Assembly (NCBI GenBank): GCA_030602705.1
Contig: JAUVZF010000005.1
Location: forward strand, 2,663 to 66,662
Reading direction: 5' to 3'
Length of the DNA: 64,000 nt
Source: Planctomycetota bacterium
GTDB taxonomy: Bacteria; Planctomycetota; Phycisphaerae; FEN-1346
Part shown: positions 29,897-38,696 of the stretch, piece after piece
How positions within the stretch are numbered: the first letter of the stretch is position 1
Layout: each line of letters begins with the position of its first letter
Made by a program: the position numbers and the translations under genes
Notes under the pieces: generated by a model
Databases searched by the model: none
Seen by the model: only the letters and a program-made list of their open reading frames with translations
What the model was told of the DNA's origin: nothing

Positions 29897-30895
29897 CTAT
29901 GTAAAACTGTAAGGCGGCCACGGGCCCGTCACGCGGACCGAGAGGCCCTTGCCGGTGCAGTAATCCGTGAAGGCCGCCCTCAACGCCTCATCCGTGCCGT
30001 TCTCGACCAGGCAGGAGAGGTTCGCCACCATGCGCAGGTTGTCTTCGCCTGTCTTGAGTTTGCCGACCGACACCTCGACCGCGTGTCGGCCGGCCAGATC
30101 GAACGCCTCGCGGAAAACGGTCTCGGCACGTTTCAGGATCTGTTCCCTCACCCGCTTCTCCAACTCCTGCCTCTGGAAGTAGAGGGCGCCCTCGGATTTG
30201 CCGGTCAGGCCCTTTTTGAGTTCGACAACCTCCGGGCAGGTCGCCATCACGTCGGGCGTGGCCGATTCCACGTCCAGAAAGACCTGGACGCCGTACTCCT
30301 GCCGGCGTCGCACCCGGTCGGCTTTCTGGAGCAGTACGTCGCCCTCATCGTGGAGCCACCTTCGGAGGTGATCCGCGGCATCCGCACGGTCCTTTCCGGA
30401 GACCATCGTGTCGAACGCCATCGGCAGGACGGCCGCATAGCGCTGGCATGCTTCCGCCACCACCGCCTGATGGCGGATGACCCACTTCTCAACGGTTTCC
30501 TTGTCTTTCGAGGCATACGGCTTCGCCGCGCACTCATGGACAACGGCCACCAGGCCATTCCCAGGAACGGCAAACACTTCGGCGTCGTCGATGCCGGCGG
30601 TTTCAAACGGGATGGGCTCTCCCACCGTCACGGCATAGACGTAGAGGGCCCGCTGATGGGTGTCCTGGGCGTTTTCCGTTCTCGGCCGTGGGGATGCCTG
30701 TCTCGCCGGCCGCCCTTGGGGACCCGTTGCCGGCCCGCCCTCGACGAGGGAAAGCAGGGCGTCGACCTCGGCCGGGTCCGTCTGGACGCCGGCCGCGCCC
30801 AGCAGCGTGCTCAGGTTCTCACGTGTCACCGGTTTACCGGCCGATCTCAGCGTTGCTGCCGCATAGATCAGGCTCGCGTCGTCTCTTTTGTTCAT
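29897..30895 (-). CDS. GvpF/L-family gas vesicle protein with an N-terminal extension resembling the ribosomal P-stalk (aL12/P1/P2) N-terminal domain.
   Basis: The C-terminal two-thirds is GvpF/L-like (ALYVYAVTVG..., ending VTGPWPPYSFT). N-terminus LIYAAATLRSAGKPVTRENLSTLLGAAGVQTDPAEVDALLSLVEGG versus archaeal P1 [47 protein letters not shown]. Start overlaps the gvpK 3' end by ~60 nt, so the start is uncertain. Confidence 0.7.
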   Translation of the reverse strand: MNKRDDASLIYAAATLRSAGKPVTRENLSTLLGAAGVQTDPAEVDALLSLVEGGPATGPQGRPARQASPRPRTENAQDTHQRALYVYAVTVGEPIPFETAGIDDAEVFAVPGNGLVAVVHECAAKPYASKDKETVEKWVIRHQAVVAEACQRYAAVLPMAFDTMVSGKDRADAADHLRRWLHDEGDVLLQKADRVRRRQEYGVQVFLDVESATPDVMATCPEVVELKKGLTGKSEGALYFQRQELEKRVREQILKRAETVFREAFDLAGRHAVEVSVGKLKTGEDNLRMVANLSCLVENGTDEALRAAFTDYCTGKGLSVRVTGPWPPYSFT

Positions 30896-31214
30896 CGTTC
30901 ACCGCTCTGTTGGCCGCCTCCGTCACGCCCGGCGCGACGAGGGTCCGCAGGGCGTCGTCCACCAGGTCGTCGAGGCCTTCGCGGACGTTGGCGACCGCTT
31001 CTGAAATGCCCTGCTCCCGTTTGATCTGCTCGATGGCCTTGTCGAGTTCGATAAACGCGTTGCCGAGCCGCTCGACCTCCTCTTCGGTAAGGCTGCCGCC
31101 TTCCACACGGCGCATGGCCTGGAGGCGCAGGGCGTCTCGAATGATCTCGATAAGCGCGAGGACGAGCCCCAACAGGCCGGCCTTGAGTTTTTTCTCGTCG
31201 ATATTGATTGCCAC
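30834..31214 (-). CDS. gvpK: Gas vesicle protein GvpK.
   Basis: LLGLVLALIEIIRDALRLQAMRRVEGGSLTEEEVERLGNAF is the GvpK signature. Confidence 0.8.
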   Translation of the reverse strand: MAINIDEKKLKAGLLGLVLALIEIIRDALRLQAMRRVEGGSLTEEEVERLGNAFIELDKAIEQIKREQGISEAVANVREGLDDLVDDALRTLVAPGVTEAANRAVNDEQKRRREPDLCGSNAEIGR

Positions 31215-31241
31215 GATAGATACACTCCCGGCTTTGAGCCT

Positions 31242-31634
31242 TTAGGCCTTCATCGCCTCCGCGCTGATCCAACCGCACCACGGGCAGCCCTGCTCGATCA
31301 ATTCCGTACGCGCCATGCGCTTGCCGCACTGCGGGCAGGTGTCCTTGGCCTCCATTGCGTCCTTCCATGCTGGCGTCTGGAGGTTGGTGCCGGAGGGGAA
31401 CTCAAGGCCGTACTGGGCGGCGGTCTCAAACGATGCCAGCGCCGCCCGGATCCTGATGCCCAGCAGTTCCACGCCGACAAGGTCAATCGTGATATCGGCG
31501 TTGATCACGAGGCCCTTGTCGAGGATACGGTCAACGAGATCGACAAGGGTGCCGCCCTGTCGCTGGGGGGCCTGTTGCTGGAGGGCCTGTTCAGGAGCCA
31601 CGAATTCTCCTTCCCTTCGCCTTGGCAAGCGCAA
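31242..31634 (-). CDS. GvpA/J-family gas vesicle protein fused to a C-terminal C4 zinc ribbon.
   Basis: GvpA-family core [48 protein letters not shown], then ...CPQCGKRM...CPWCGW at the C-terminus. Confidence 0.7.
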   Translation of the reverse strand: MRLPRRREGEFVAPEQALQQQAPQRQGGTLVDLVDRILDKGLVINADITIDLVGVELLGIRIRAALASFETAAQYGLEFPSGTNLQTPAWKDAMEAKDTCPQCGKRMARTELIEQGCPWCGWISAEAMKA

Positions 31635-32625
31635 CCATTTCCCTGCCGAGATCGGTGGTGTGGTATCGGCGTCCCCCTAGCGCGGCCAGAAGCCCCTTGT
31701 CGCACAGTTTCTTGCGCAGCATTTGCACGTAGCCGTCGGTCAGACGGGTACGGTACGGGACATTGGGGGCCTGGCCGGCGTCTTCCGCCTCACAGTAGGC
31801 TCGGAGGACCTGTAGTTCCGTGGCGGTGGGTGACGCCCGCGTTTGAGGGGCCCCGCCGGTGTCCGAACGGTGTGGAGTGACCACGCCCTTGCCTTTGCAC
31901 CCCTTACAGTACAAGTTAGTACCGGGCTCTTTGCCCCTTCCCCGACAGGTGGCGCACGTGATCGCCCCCTCATCAACCTCGACGTATCCGCGCCCTCGGC
32001 AGACCAGACAGGTCACATAGTTCCTGGCCTCTTTCGAACCGCGGCCCTTGCAGAAAGCGCACACGACCACAGGCGGCTTAAGCACGATCGCTCCCGTGCC
32101 GTGACAGACGGGACACCTGGTGCCGGCCGGGCGTTCGCCCTTGCCCTTGCAGAAGGAGCAAAGCAGGTGGCTCTCGTACAAGAGTTCAGCCGGCCCCGAA
32201 GTCCACTTCTTGACAGTGCCCTTTGGGCTGGACCCGCCACTGCCGGCCACCCTGATCGCATTCCACAGATCAGGTTCTTGGCCCGGCTTTGCAAAGGACC
32301 TGGCTTGCGGCGAGCGACGAACGCCACGGCCCATAACCTTCCAGGGCTCGCCTTCCCGGAAGGAGACGGGCTGGGCCCCTGTGTCACCGCCGGCGGGCGC
32401 CAGCACATCCCCATTGCCGCCAACCGCCTGTTTACCTTTTTGGGTGACACAGAATCCCCGATTGGGCTTGAAAGCCACATAATCGGCCTTGACGAGGTCG
32501 ATGCACAGCCCGAGGGCCTCTTCGACGGTCGTACCGATTCTCTCGCTGACAGCGCCCGTGGATGCATGTCCATCCAACGCAGCCACGGCCTCCAGTGCTT
32601 GTTGTTCGATCGTGCTCGCACTCAT
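31591..32625 (-). CDS. wHTH, DnaJ-type zinc-finger repeats, wHTH three-part protein.
   Basis: N-terminal wHTH, central CSFCKGKGE/CPVCHGTGA/CAFCKGRGS/CLVCRGRGY/CATCRGRGK/CKGCKGKGV, and C-terminal ...TDGYVQMLRKKLCDKGLL. Start probably at MSASTIEQ with SD GGGAGA. Confidence 0.6.
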   Translation of the reverse strand: MSASTIEQQALEAVAALDGHASTGAVSERIGTTVEEALGLCIDLVKADYVAFKPNRGFCVTQKGKQAVGGNGDVLAPAGGDTGAQPVSFREGEPWKVMGRGVRRSPQARSFAKPGQEPDLWNAIRVAGSGGSSPKGTVKKWTSGPAELLYESHLLCSFCKGKGERPAGTRCPVCHGTGAIVLKPPVVVCAFCKGRGSKEARNYVTCLVCRGRGYVEVDEGAITCATCRGRGKEPGTNLYCKGCKGKGVVTPHRSDTGGAPQTRASPTATELQVLRAYCEAEDAGQAPNVPYRTRLTDGYVQMLRKKLCDKGLLAALGGRRYHTTDLGREMVALAKAKGRRIRGS

Positions 32626-32739
32626 GTTTACCGTCTCCCTTGCCATGAGGTGTTGGCTCAGTTCCAGGCTGACTTGGGCCGGTTTTCATCGGCGCCGCGA
32701 GGCTGCAACGGCCCGCGTGCCGCGTTCGGCCGCGGCGGT

Positions 32740-33018
32740 TTATTCTGCGGCAGCCTCGTCTGCCCGCGCGCGCCTTGCCCTTTGTTCTGCTTGCAGTTCT
32801 CGGACCTTCGACCGCCAGGTTTCGCGAGGGACGTCCGGTTCGTCGTCCGTCTCCTTTCCGGTCCGTGTGCCCGTAAAATGCTCTATAGGCGACTCGCGCC
32901 CTGTTGAATAGCGGATCCTGCCGTAGCGCCTGTTTTTCCGCTGATACCGCCTCAGTTCGTCCCAGTCCATGCCCGTGGACTTCTTGACCTTTGACTTTCT
33001 ACCGATCGAGTACCTCAT
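32740..33018 (-). CDS. Small 'YSTG'-motif protein (92 aa), paralog of 34305..34556.
   Basis: MRYSIGRKSKVKKSTGMDWDEL...RIRYSTGRESPIEHFTGTRTG aligns with MKYSTGKSGRVLHSTGTEWDEV...RVRYSTGRDSRMLHFTGTMTG. Confidence 0.5.
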   Translation of the reverse strand: MRYSIGRKSKVKKSTGMDWDELRRYQRKNRRYGRIRYSTGRESPIEHFTGTRTGKETDDEPDVPRETWRSKVRELQAEQRARRARADEAAAE

Positions 33019-33060
33019 CTTCCGTCCTCCGATCGTGCCCGCGGTTGCAAAGAAGAGCGC

Positions 33061-33753
33061 CTACTCGTCAGGCACATACTGAATCTTGGTTCCACAGTTG
33101 TGACACGCTACTTTCTTCCCGCTGAGAGGAAGTGAAACGATCTCGTCACATGTGGGACAGTATTCCCAAGACTTGCCTTCAACGGGCTCTCGATCGATTG
33201 GTTTGCCAGCCTTCAAACCTCGTCTTCCCCGCACCGGGACAGGCCTGTAGGGCTTGATGGGGACAGGGGTGTAAGGCTTGATGGGGACCGGCGTGTAGTC
33301 CTTGATGGGCACCGGCTTGTAGGGTTTGAGCGGCGCCGGCGTATAGTCCTTGAGGGGGGCCGGCCTATAGTCCTTGAGCGGCGCCGGCCTATAGGGCTTG
33401 AGCGGCGCCGGGGTGTAGGCCTTGGGAGGGACAGGCTTGTAGGGCTTAGGCGGCACCGGCGTGTAGTCCTTGACAGGGACAGGCTCGTAAGGCTTAAGCG
33501 GCACCGGTGTATAGTCCTTTAGCGGGGCTGGCGTGTAGTCCTTCAGAGGGGCGGGCTTGTAAGGCTTAAGCGGCACTGGCGTGTAGTCTTTGAGTGGGAC
33601 CGGCTTGTAAGGTTTAGGCGGCACTGGCCTGTAGGGCTTTAACGCCACCGGCCTGTAGGGTTTGGACGAACCCGGCGACGGTGTCCGCTTTGTAGTTGAA
33701 GGTTGATGACGGCTGTCGGTCCGCATGTTAATCTGCTTTCCTGTGAGGGGCAA
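33061..33753 (-). CDS. Proline-rich octapeptide-repeat protein (about 25 copies of KPYxPVPLK/DYTPxPLK) with a C-terminal zinc ribbon.
   Basis: The protein is dominated by P-x-P-L-K-(D/P)-Y-(T/K) octads. The DNA shows the matching 24-bp periodicity at 33200-33700. C-terminus CPTCDEIV...CHNCGTK. Confidence 0.6.
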   Translation of the reverse strand: MPLTGKQINMRTDSRHQPSTTKRTPSPGSSKPYRPVALKPYRPVPPKPYKPVPLKDYTPVPLKPYKPAPLKDYTPAPLKDYTPVPLKPYEPVPVKDYTPVPPKPYKPVPPKAYTPAPLKPYRPAPLKDYRPAPLKDYTPAPLKPYKPVPIKDYTPVPIKPYTPVPIKPYRPVPVRGRRGLKAGKPIDREPVEGKSWEYCPTCDEIVSLPLSGKKVACHNCGTKIQYVPDE

Positions 33754-34039
33754 CTCCTTCCGCGATTTCGTTTCGATCCAGGTACGACTTCAGAATCCAG
33801 AGTTGCCGATAGCCCATGATTCGGCGGAACCTTTTTTCGGCGTCCCGTCCCGATCCCGAGGCCTCGGAAAGACCGGGGCGGCCCGGTGAAGCACCATCGC
33901 TCCAGCCTGCCACCGGCTCACGCCGCGCGTCCGCCGCTCAGCGGAACCTCTGGAAGCATCGAGGCGGCCCATAGCCGCGCCACCGGCCGCTGGACCACCC
34001 GTTCCGTAAGCGAGCCATCTTGTCCGTAGGCCCGGACCG

Positions 34040-34175
34040 CCTCGGCCTCGACCACATGGACGGTTTTTCGGGCTTTGAAAACCGCGAGCGTTTTTCGGGC
34101 GGCCCGGAGAACACAGAGGGACGTTCGGGCCGCTCGGAAAACACGGAGGGACGTTCTGGCGGCTCCGACCAGCGC
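34040..34175. repeat. Three to four tandem ~30-bp repeats, TTYKGGCBGCYCGGARAACACRGAGGGACG, in an apparently non-coding gap.
   Basis: Read from the sequence. The overlapping ORF 33938..34399 has GC3 near 65%, against 85-90% in the neighbouring genes. Confidence 0.4.
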
Positions 34176-34304
34176 GATGATTCCCTGTGCCGTCGTCTTG
34201 GCGCGACTATCCAGTTTTCCATTCTGTTTTGCTCCCGGCTATGCGCTATCTCGGGCCGGCTGACCTGCCCGGCAAGGACTGCCGGCACAGGTTGACCTGG
34301 CCAT

Positions 34305-34556
34305 TCACCAAGGGAACCGCTCTTGCCGACTTTCGTTTTCATCCCTGACGTCGGGCTTGGGCCGGGGCTCAGGTTCGTCCTCGTCCTCAGGGGGCTCATA
34401 GCCCGTCATTGTGCCCGTGAAATGCAGCATGCGCGAGTCGCGGCCCGTTGAATAGCGGACCCTGCTATTGCGCTTCTTCTTTTGTCGTTCCACTTCATCC
34501 CATTCGGTACCCGTTGAATGGAGTACTCGTCCGCTTTTTCCGGTGGAGTATTTCAT
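34305..34556 (-). CDS. Small 'YSTG'-motif protein (83 aa), paralog of 32740..33018.
   Basis: See the paralog alignment above; acidic C-terminal tail. Confidence 0.5.
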   Translation of the reverse strand: MKYSTGKSGRVLHSTGTEWDEVERQKKKRNSRVRYSTGRDSRMLHFTGTMTGYEPPEDEDEPEPRPKPDVRDENESRQERFPW

Positions 34557-34645
34557 GCCACACTGCTCCTCGTGATTGCGAGTTTCCGGCGCTTGTCCTT
34601 TTCCTGTTTCGCCTGCTCAGTCGGTCGGTGCGCTTGTATCCTTCA

Positions 34646-35101
34646 TCAGTACTCCATTGGCATTCGCTGCCATTTGCCGCGCTTGCCCTTCCGCGTTCTC
34701 GGAAATCCGCGAACGTTCATGCGCTCCTGGAGCGTCGAGACGATCACGGGGCCTCGCCAGCGGATCGCCAGCCATCGCAGCGTGCCGGTGCCTGCAAGTT
34801 TAATCGCCACGTGGCTGTTGGGGGCAAAGCACGTGTCCGTAAGGAGTTTGTCCCCAAGGCAGATACAACCGTCCTCGATCGCGAACCGACCGGTCGCCAA
34901 AACACACTCGAATATGCTCAATGCCGGCACGAAGCCGATTCGAAAAACAAAAAGGTACTCCTTGCGGCTGCCGCAATTCTTCAGACCCACGAGAATATAC
35001 GCCGCTTCGGTGGCATCGAGCATGCGGCAGTGTCTCCAGAGATTGCGTCCGACGTGGATACGTCCGTCGTCGTCCACCTTACTGAAGGCGCGCATCAACA
35101 T
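34646..35101 (-). CDS. Hypothetical protein with an N-terminal AbrB/SpoVT/MazE-like swapped-hairpin motif.
   Basis: MLMRAFSKVDDDGRIHVGRNLWRHC resembles the AbrB-N fold (KVDxxGRIxIP). Noticeably lower GC. Confidence 0.4.
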   Translation of the reverse strand: MLMRAFSKVDDDGRIHVGRNLWRHCRMLDATEAAYILVGLKNCGSRKEYLFVFRIGFVPALSIFECVLATGRFAIEDGCICLGDKLLTDTCFAPNSHVAIKLAGTGTLRWLAIRWRGPVIVSTLQERMNVRGFPRTRKGKRGKWQRMPMEY

Positions 35102-35109
35102 TCCGATGG

Positions 35110-35880
35110 TTACCCCTTACGCCGTTTTCTCTTGGCAGGCGATTTTTTCTTCGCCGGCTTGGCAGTTTTCGCGGCAGGTTCTTCGCCGGCGGCCTCGATC
35201 TGCGCTTTCAGGCGGCGGAACTCGGCCTGGGTGATGTCGCCGGTCTCCAGTTTCATCCGCATGGCGAGCAGTTGCTCGGCCGCGCTCCGTTTCTGTCTTG
35301 ATGCGGCATCGCGAACGCCCTTGGCGATTCGATGCACTAAGCGCGGCCCGCCCAGCACCGGCTGGCTCAGGAACCAGGCCAGCGCGCTGATCAGGCCTAT
35401 CTCTTTGGGTCGGCCGGGGCGGAAAGGCGTGTCCCGGAACTCGGCCGGCCAGTTCGCGCCCCGGGTCCCGAAGTGCCGCGCAAGCGTAATCCGGCCTGTA
35501 ACATTCGCCGGCGACGGGAGACGCCTGCTGATCGATGCGGCGGGAAACTGGCCGGCACCCGGCAGATACCGGCAGGTACGAACCTTCGACACTGCGGCCG
35601 TGGGAGGCAAGGCCGCTGCGGCGATCGTGGGTTCGGCCTTCTTCGCGGCCGCGCGGGGTGCCGCGGCTCTGCGCGCCCCCTCGCCGTCGCCTCCGGAGGG
35701 TCTTTTCTTCGCGCGCGCGGCCTTCTTCGCGGCCGCGCGGGGGTCCACGGCGCTGCGTGCCCCTTCGCCGTCGCCTCTGGGAGGCTTCTTCTTCGCACGC
35801 GCGGTCCGCCTCGCCGCCGTGCGGGTCTTGACGTTCCTGCGGGCGGTCTTGGCGCGGTCTGTGGAAATCTTTCTGATCAT
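35110..35880 (-). CDS. Basic, low-complexity N-terminus joined to a GvpG-like C-terminal domain.
   Basis: C-terminus LISALAWFLSQPVLGGPRLVHRIAKGVRDAASRQKRSAAEQLLAMRMKLETGDITQAEFRRLKAQIEAA parallels GvpG (LLLxPVxG...W...I......LL.LQ...GEISEEEF). N-terminus is a KKA/RAA-rich repeat. Confidence 0.5.
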   Translation of the reverse strand: MIRKISTDRAKTARRNVKTRTAARRTARAKKKPPRGDGEGARSAVDPRAAAKKAARAKKRPSGGDGEGARRAAAPRAAAKKAEPTIAAAALPPTAAVSKVRTCRYLPGAGQFPAASISRRLPSPANVTGRITLARHFGTRGANWPAEFRDTPFRPGRPKEIGLISALAWFLSQPVLGGPRLVHRIAKGVRDAASRQKRSAAEQLLAMRMKLETGDITQAEFRRLKAQIEAAGEEPAAKTAKPAKKKSPAKRKRRKG

Positions 35881-37928
35881 CCTTTTCTCCCCACGTCAAA
35901 CAAGATCGACTCGATGTCCCTGAGGGCGTCCAGCCCTGCAATCGGCTGGGGCAACAGGGGCACCGAGACGACGCGCAGACCGGGATGTGCCTTGCGAAAC
36001 CTGGCCCGGTGCTGCTCCTGTACCTTTCTGGTGCGTCGGCAGAAGGCGCACCGGTTCTTGGGGATCATCTTGTTGAAGACGACCGAATGGACACCGACGC
36101 CCAGTCCGGAGAGCCGTTCGATGAGGCGCTGCGACTCGCGGACGGCCATCTTCTCGGCGACCGTCACAACGACCGATTCGGCCTGCGCGGGGTCCGTCAG
36201 GATGGCCTGAAAACGGCGCAGGCCGCGGGCCAGATCGACCATCTCCTCGCCGGCGGTGTGCCCGTACTTGAGCAATACTTTGAAGATGGCTCGCAGCCAG
36301 GCATGGGCCAGTTCAGGCAGTTCGAGAAACCGCAGCGCATGGCCGGTAGGCGCCATGTCGAAAACGAACAAGTCGTACTGCCCGCCGTCGGCCAGGTCCA
36401 TCACGCTCTTGAGGAACATGATCTCATCGACGCCGGGAGGAGAAAGCGACGCGAACTGCTGCATCGATTCCTTTTCGAACCGGACTTGCACTCCGCTGGA
36501 GGTGAGATTGTCGAAGATGCCGGTAATCGAATCGCCGTAACGCTGCCGGAAACGCTCGAACATCACCTCCGGATCCTGCTCGCAGGCGAAGAGGTTCTCG
36601 GCCGCCACGGACACGATCTCAGGACCGACGGGCGAACCGAGGCAATCGGCCAGGGAATGGGCCGGGTCCGCCGAGAACACGAGGACCCGCTTGTCGGGGT
36701 GGGCACCGGCCAGGCGCAGGCCCGTGGCGGCGGCCAGCGATGTCTTGCCCACGCCGCCCTTGCCCGCGAAGAACGTGAAACGAACGCCCTCGGTGAGCAC
36801 CAGTGGTTCGCCCGGCTTGCACCGGACGGGACGCGTCTCCTTCCCTTGCTTTGGCACCGATCGGACGAACGGATTGACCGAGGTAGGTTCGTCGGCGAGG
36901 CCCTCCAGCACGCCCACAACGCGGTTCAGGCCCTCTTTGCCGTGCACCTCGCCGGCAAACAAGGGGACAGGCAGCAATTTCCGGGGTGACAGCGCCGTCG
37001 TAGCGGCGAGCACCGATGATTGCCAGTGATTTCTGGCGGCACAGAACGCACACTTGGCCGGCTCGACCAACTGATTCACGATCAGTCGTTTTACATGGAT
37101 TCCCAGAGCGGCCAGTTCTTGCAGAAGGCGCTCTGTCTCGGCAAGGGCCATCGGCTCGGCGATCGTCACCGGAACGAATTCCGCCCGGTCACGCGCCGTG
37201 AACATTTGCCTGGCCCTCTCAATCCTCCGATCAAAGTTGATCAGGAACCGCTCCGCGGCGTCAACCGGCGGACGCTTCCGACCGCGGAAATGACGTTTCA
37301 GATAGCGGAACTTGCGCTGCATGATGTCCAGGGCCTTCAGCCAGCGCTTCATCTCCCCCGGCATGGTCAGGAAGCACAGCGCGTGCCCGGTCGGCGCGGT
37401 GTCCACCAGGATTAAACCCCATTGGCCCTCGTCCAGCAGGCGTGCGATCTCCACGACCGCCATCACCTCGTCCACGCCCGGAAGCGTCAGGTCGAAGAAG
37501 CCATCGATGTCGGAGCGGTCCAGGAGCGTCCCCCGATCGAGCAGGGTGCGCAAGGCTTCGCCGTTCTCCCTGGCAAAGGCGTCCGCCAGGCTCGCCGCGT
37601 CGAGTTCCATCGCCCACAGGCCGTCGGCGCCCCGGACGGGAACCGCCTCCGCGCCGACGGTCTGGCCGAGGCTGTCGGCCAGCGAGTGGGCCGGGTCGAC
37701 AGACAGGACGAGAATCCTGCGACCGTCGCGCGAGGGGCGGCGGGCGATGGCGAGTGCGGCGGCGGCTGCCAGCGTCGTCTTGCCCACACCGCCCTTGCCG
37801 CCGAAGAACACGAGTTGTGCCCCGGCCCATTCGTCGAGAAACCCCTTCGGCGGGGCGACCTGCGGCCGCGCTGCCGGCGGCCGCGCCGGCGGCGCCGTCG
37901 GGATCGCTTGTGCCATGGACACAGCCAA
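35877..37928 (-). CDS. ArsA/Get3-family ATPase, internally duplicated into two halves.
   Basis: Two P-loops (FFGGKGGVGKTTLAAAAALA and FFAGKGGVGKTSLAAATGLRLA), two DPAHSLAD(S/C)LG motifs, and two A-loops (VDTAPTGHALCFL, FDMAPTGHALRFL). Confidence 0.8.
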   Translation of the reverse strand: MAVSMAQAIPTAPPARPPAARPQVAPPKGFLDEWAGAQLVFFGGKGGVGKTTLAAAAALAIARRPSRDGRRILVLSVDPAHSLADSLGQTVGAEAVPVRGADGLWAMELDAASLADAFARENGEALRTLLDRGTLLDRSDIDGFFDLTLPGVDEVMAVVEIARLLDEGQWGLILVDTAPTGHALCFLTMPGEMKRWLKALDIMQRKFRYLKRHFRGRKRPPVDAAERFLINFDRRIERARQMFTARDRAEFVPVTIAEPMALAETERLLQELAALGIHVKRLIVNQLVEPAKCAFCAARNHWQSSVLAATTALSPRKLLPVPLFAGEVHGKEGLNRVVGVLEGLADEPTSVNPFVRSVPKQGKETRPVRCKPGEPLVLTEGVRFTFFAGKGGVGKTSLAAATGLRLAGAHPDKRVLVFSADPAHSLADCLGSPVGPEIVSVAAENLFACEQDPEVMFERFRQRYGDSITGIFDNLTSSGVQVRFEKESMQQFASLSPPGVDEIMFLKSVMDLADGGQYDLFVFDMAPTGHALRFLELPELAHAWLRAIFKVLLKYGHTAGEEMVDLARGLRRFQAILTDPAQAESVVVTVAEKMAVRESQRLIERLSGLGVGVHSVVFNKMIPKNRCAFCRRTRKVQEQHRARFRKAHPGLRVVSVPLLPQPIAGLDALRDIESILFDVGRKG

Positions 37929-37932
37929 GGGA

Positions 37933-38262
37933 TCAGCCTCCCCCTTTGAGGACGGGGATGAAGCCGCGCGAAACGGTCCTGGACACGGCCCTGAGGCCGG
38001 CCTCGGAAAGCACGTAGGTCTTTACCTTTGGAAGGGTCTTTATGGGCGAGGGGCCGCGGCCAGGGGCTGCTTCAGAGCCGCCCCTGATGTGGGCTCCGGT
38101 GTTCGCCTGTTTATGGCACCGGAGATAGCCGTCCTCGACCAGGACCTGGCACGCGGCCTCTACCTTGGAGGCTTGCATGCAGATTCGCCGGGCGATACTG
38201 ACCGCCCTGGCCTTTCGGAGTTCGCGCACGACGCTGAGTATCTGTTTCTCAATGCCTTTCAA
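37933..38262 (-). CDS. Small wHTH protein of the cluster family.
   Basis: ARRICMQASKVEAACQVLVEDGYL. Weaker match to the family motif. Confidence 0.45.
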   Translation of the reverse strand: MKGIEKQILSVVRELRKARAVSIARRICMQASKVEAACQVLVEDGYLRCHKQANTGAHIRGGSEAAPGRGPSPIKTLPKVKTYVLSEAGLRAVSRTVSRGFIPVLKGGG

Positions 38263-38687
38263 GGGACTACCCTCCCTCCGTCTCCGATTGCGCCCGCAAC
38301 CGCCCGGGCGTCGGCCTGGGGCGGCTCTGCTGAACCCGTGGTCCAGAGGCGGTATTTCTCTTGTGGGGAAAGCGGCTTCTGATCATCGCTCCGGCTGTCG
38401 GCATCTTGGGATCCGCCGTGGCCGGGCTTCCCGGCGTCGGCCCCTTCGGAAGCCTCCGGCGGCACTGCGGGTTCGGGCGCGGCTTTGCGCAGAGCGGCCA
38501 TGCCCTTTTCGGTGAGCCTGACCCGGCCGTTTCTGAACACGTCCACGTAGTCGCTCATTCCCAGGCCGCGGCAGACAATTCGGGCATAGTCGGAACTCAT
38601 CTTGATCTGGGCGGCGATGGCCGAGACCGACGCTTCGCCGCCTTTTTTTCGCACGGCTTTCAGGACTTCAAGTTCGGTTCCTCCCAC
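38259..38687 (-). CDS. wHTH protein of the cluster family with an acidic disordered tail.
   Basis: VSAIAAQIKMSSDYARIVCRGLGMSDYVDV. Confidence 0.5.
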   Translation of the reverse strand: MGGTELEVLKAVRKKGGEASVSAIAAQIKMSSDYARIVCRGLGMSDYVDVFRNGRVRLTEKGMAALRKAAPEPAVPPEASEGADAGKPGHGGSQDADSRSDDQKPLSPQEKYRLWTTGSAEPPQADARAVAGAIGDGGRVVP

Positions 38688-38696
38688 GACAGCCTC

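Noticed and set aside
33938-34399. 153-aa minus-strand ORF with ERPSVFS repeats.
   Set aside because: GC3 is only about 65%, against 85-90% in neighbouring genes. It overlaps the 3' end of the YSTG gene in another frame. The repeats are better explained as a ~30-bp tandem DNA repeat in non-coding sequence.
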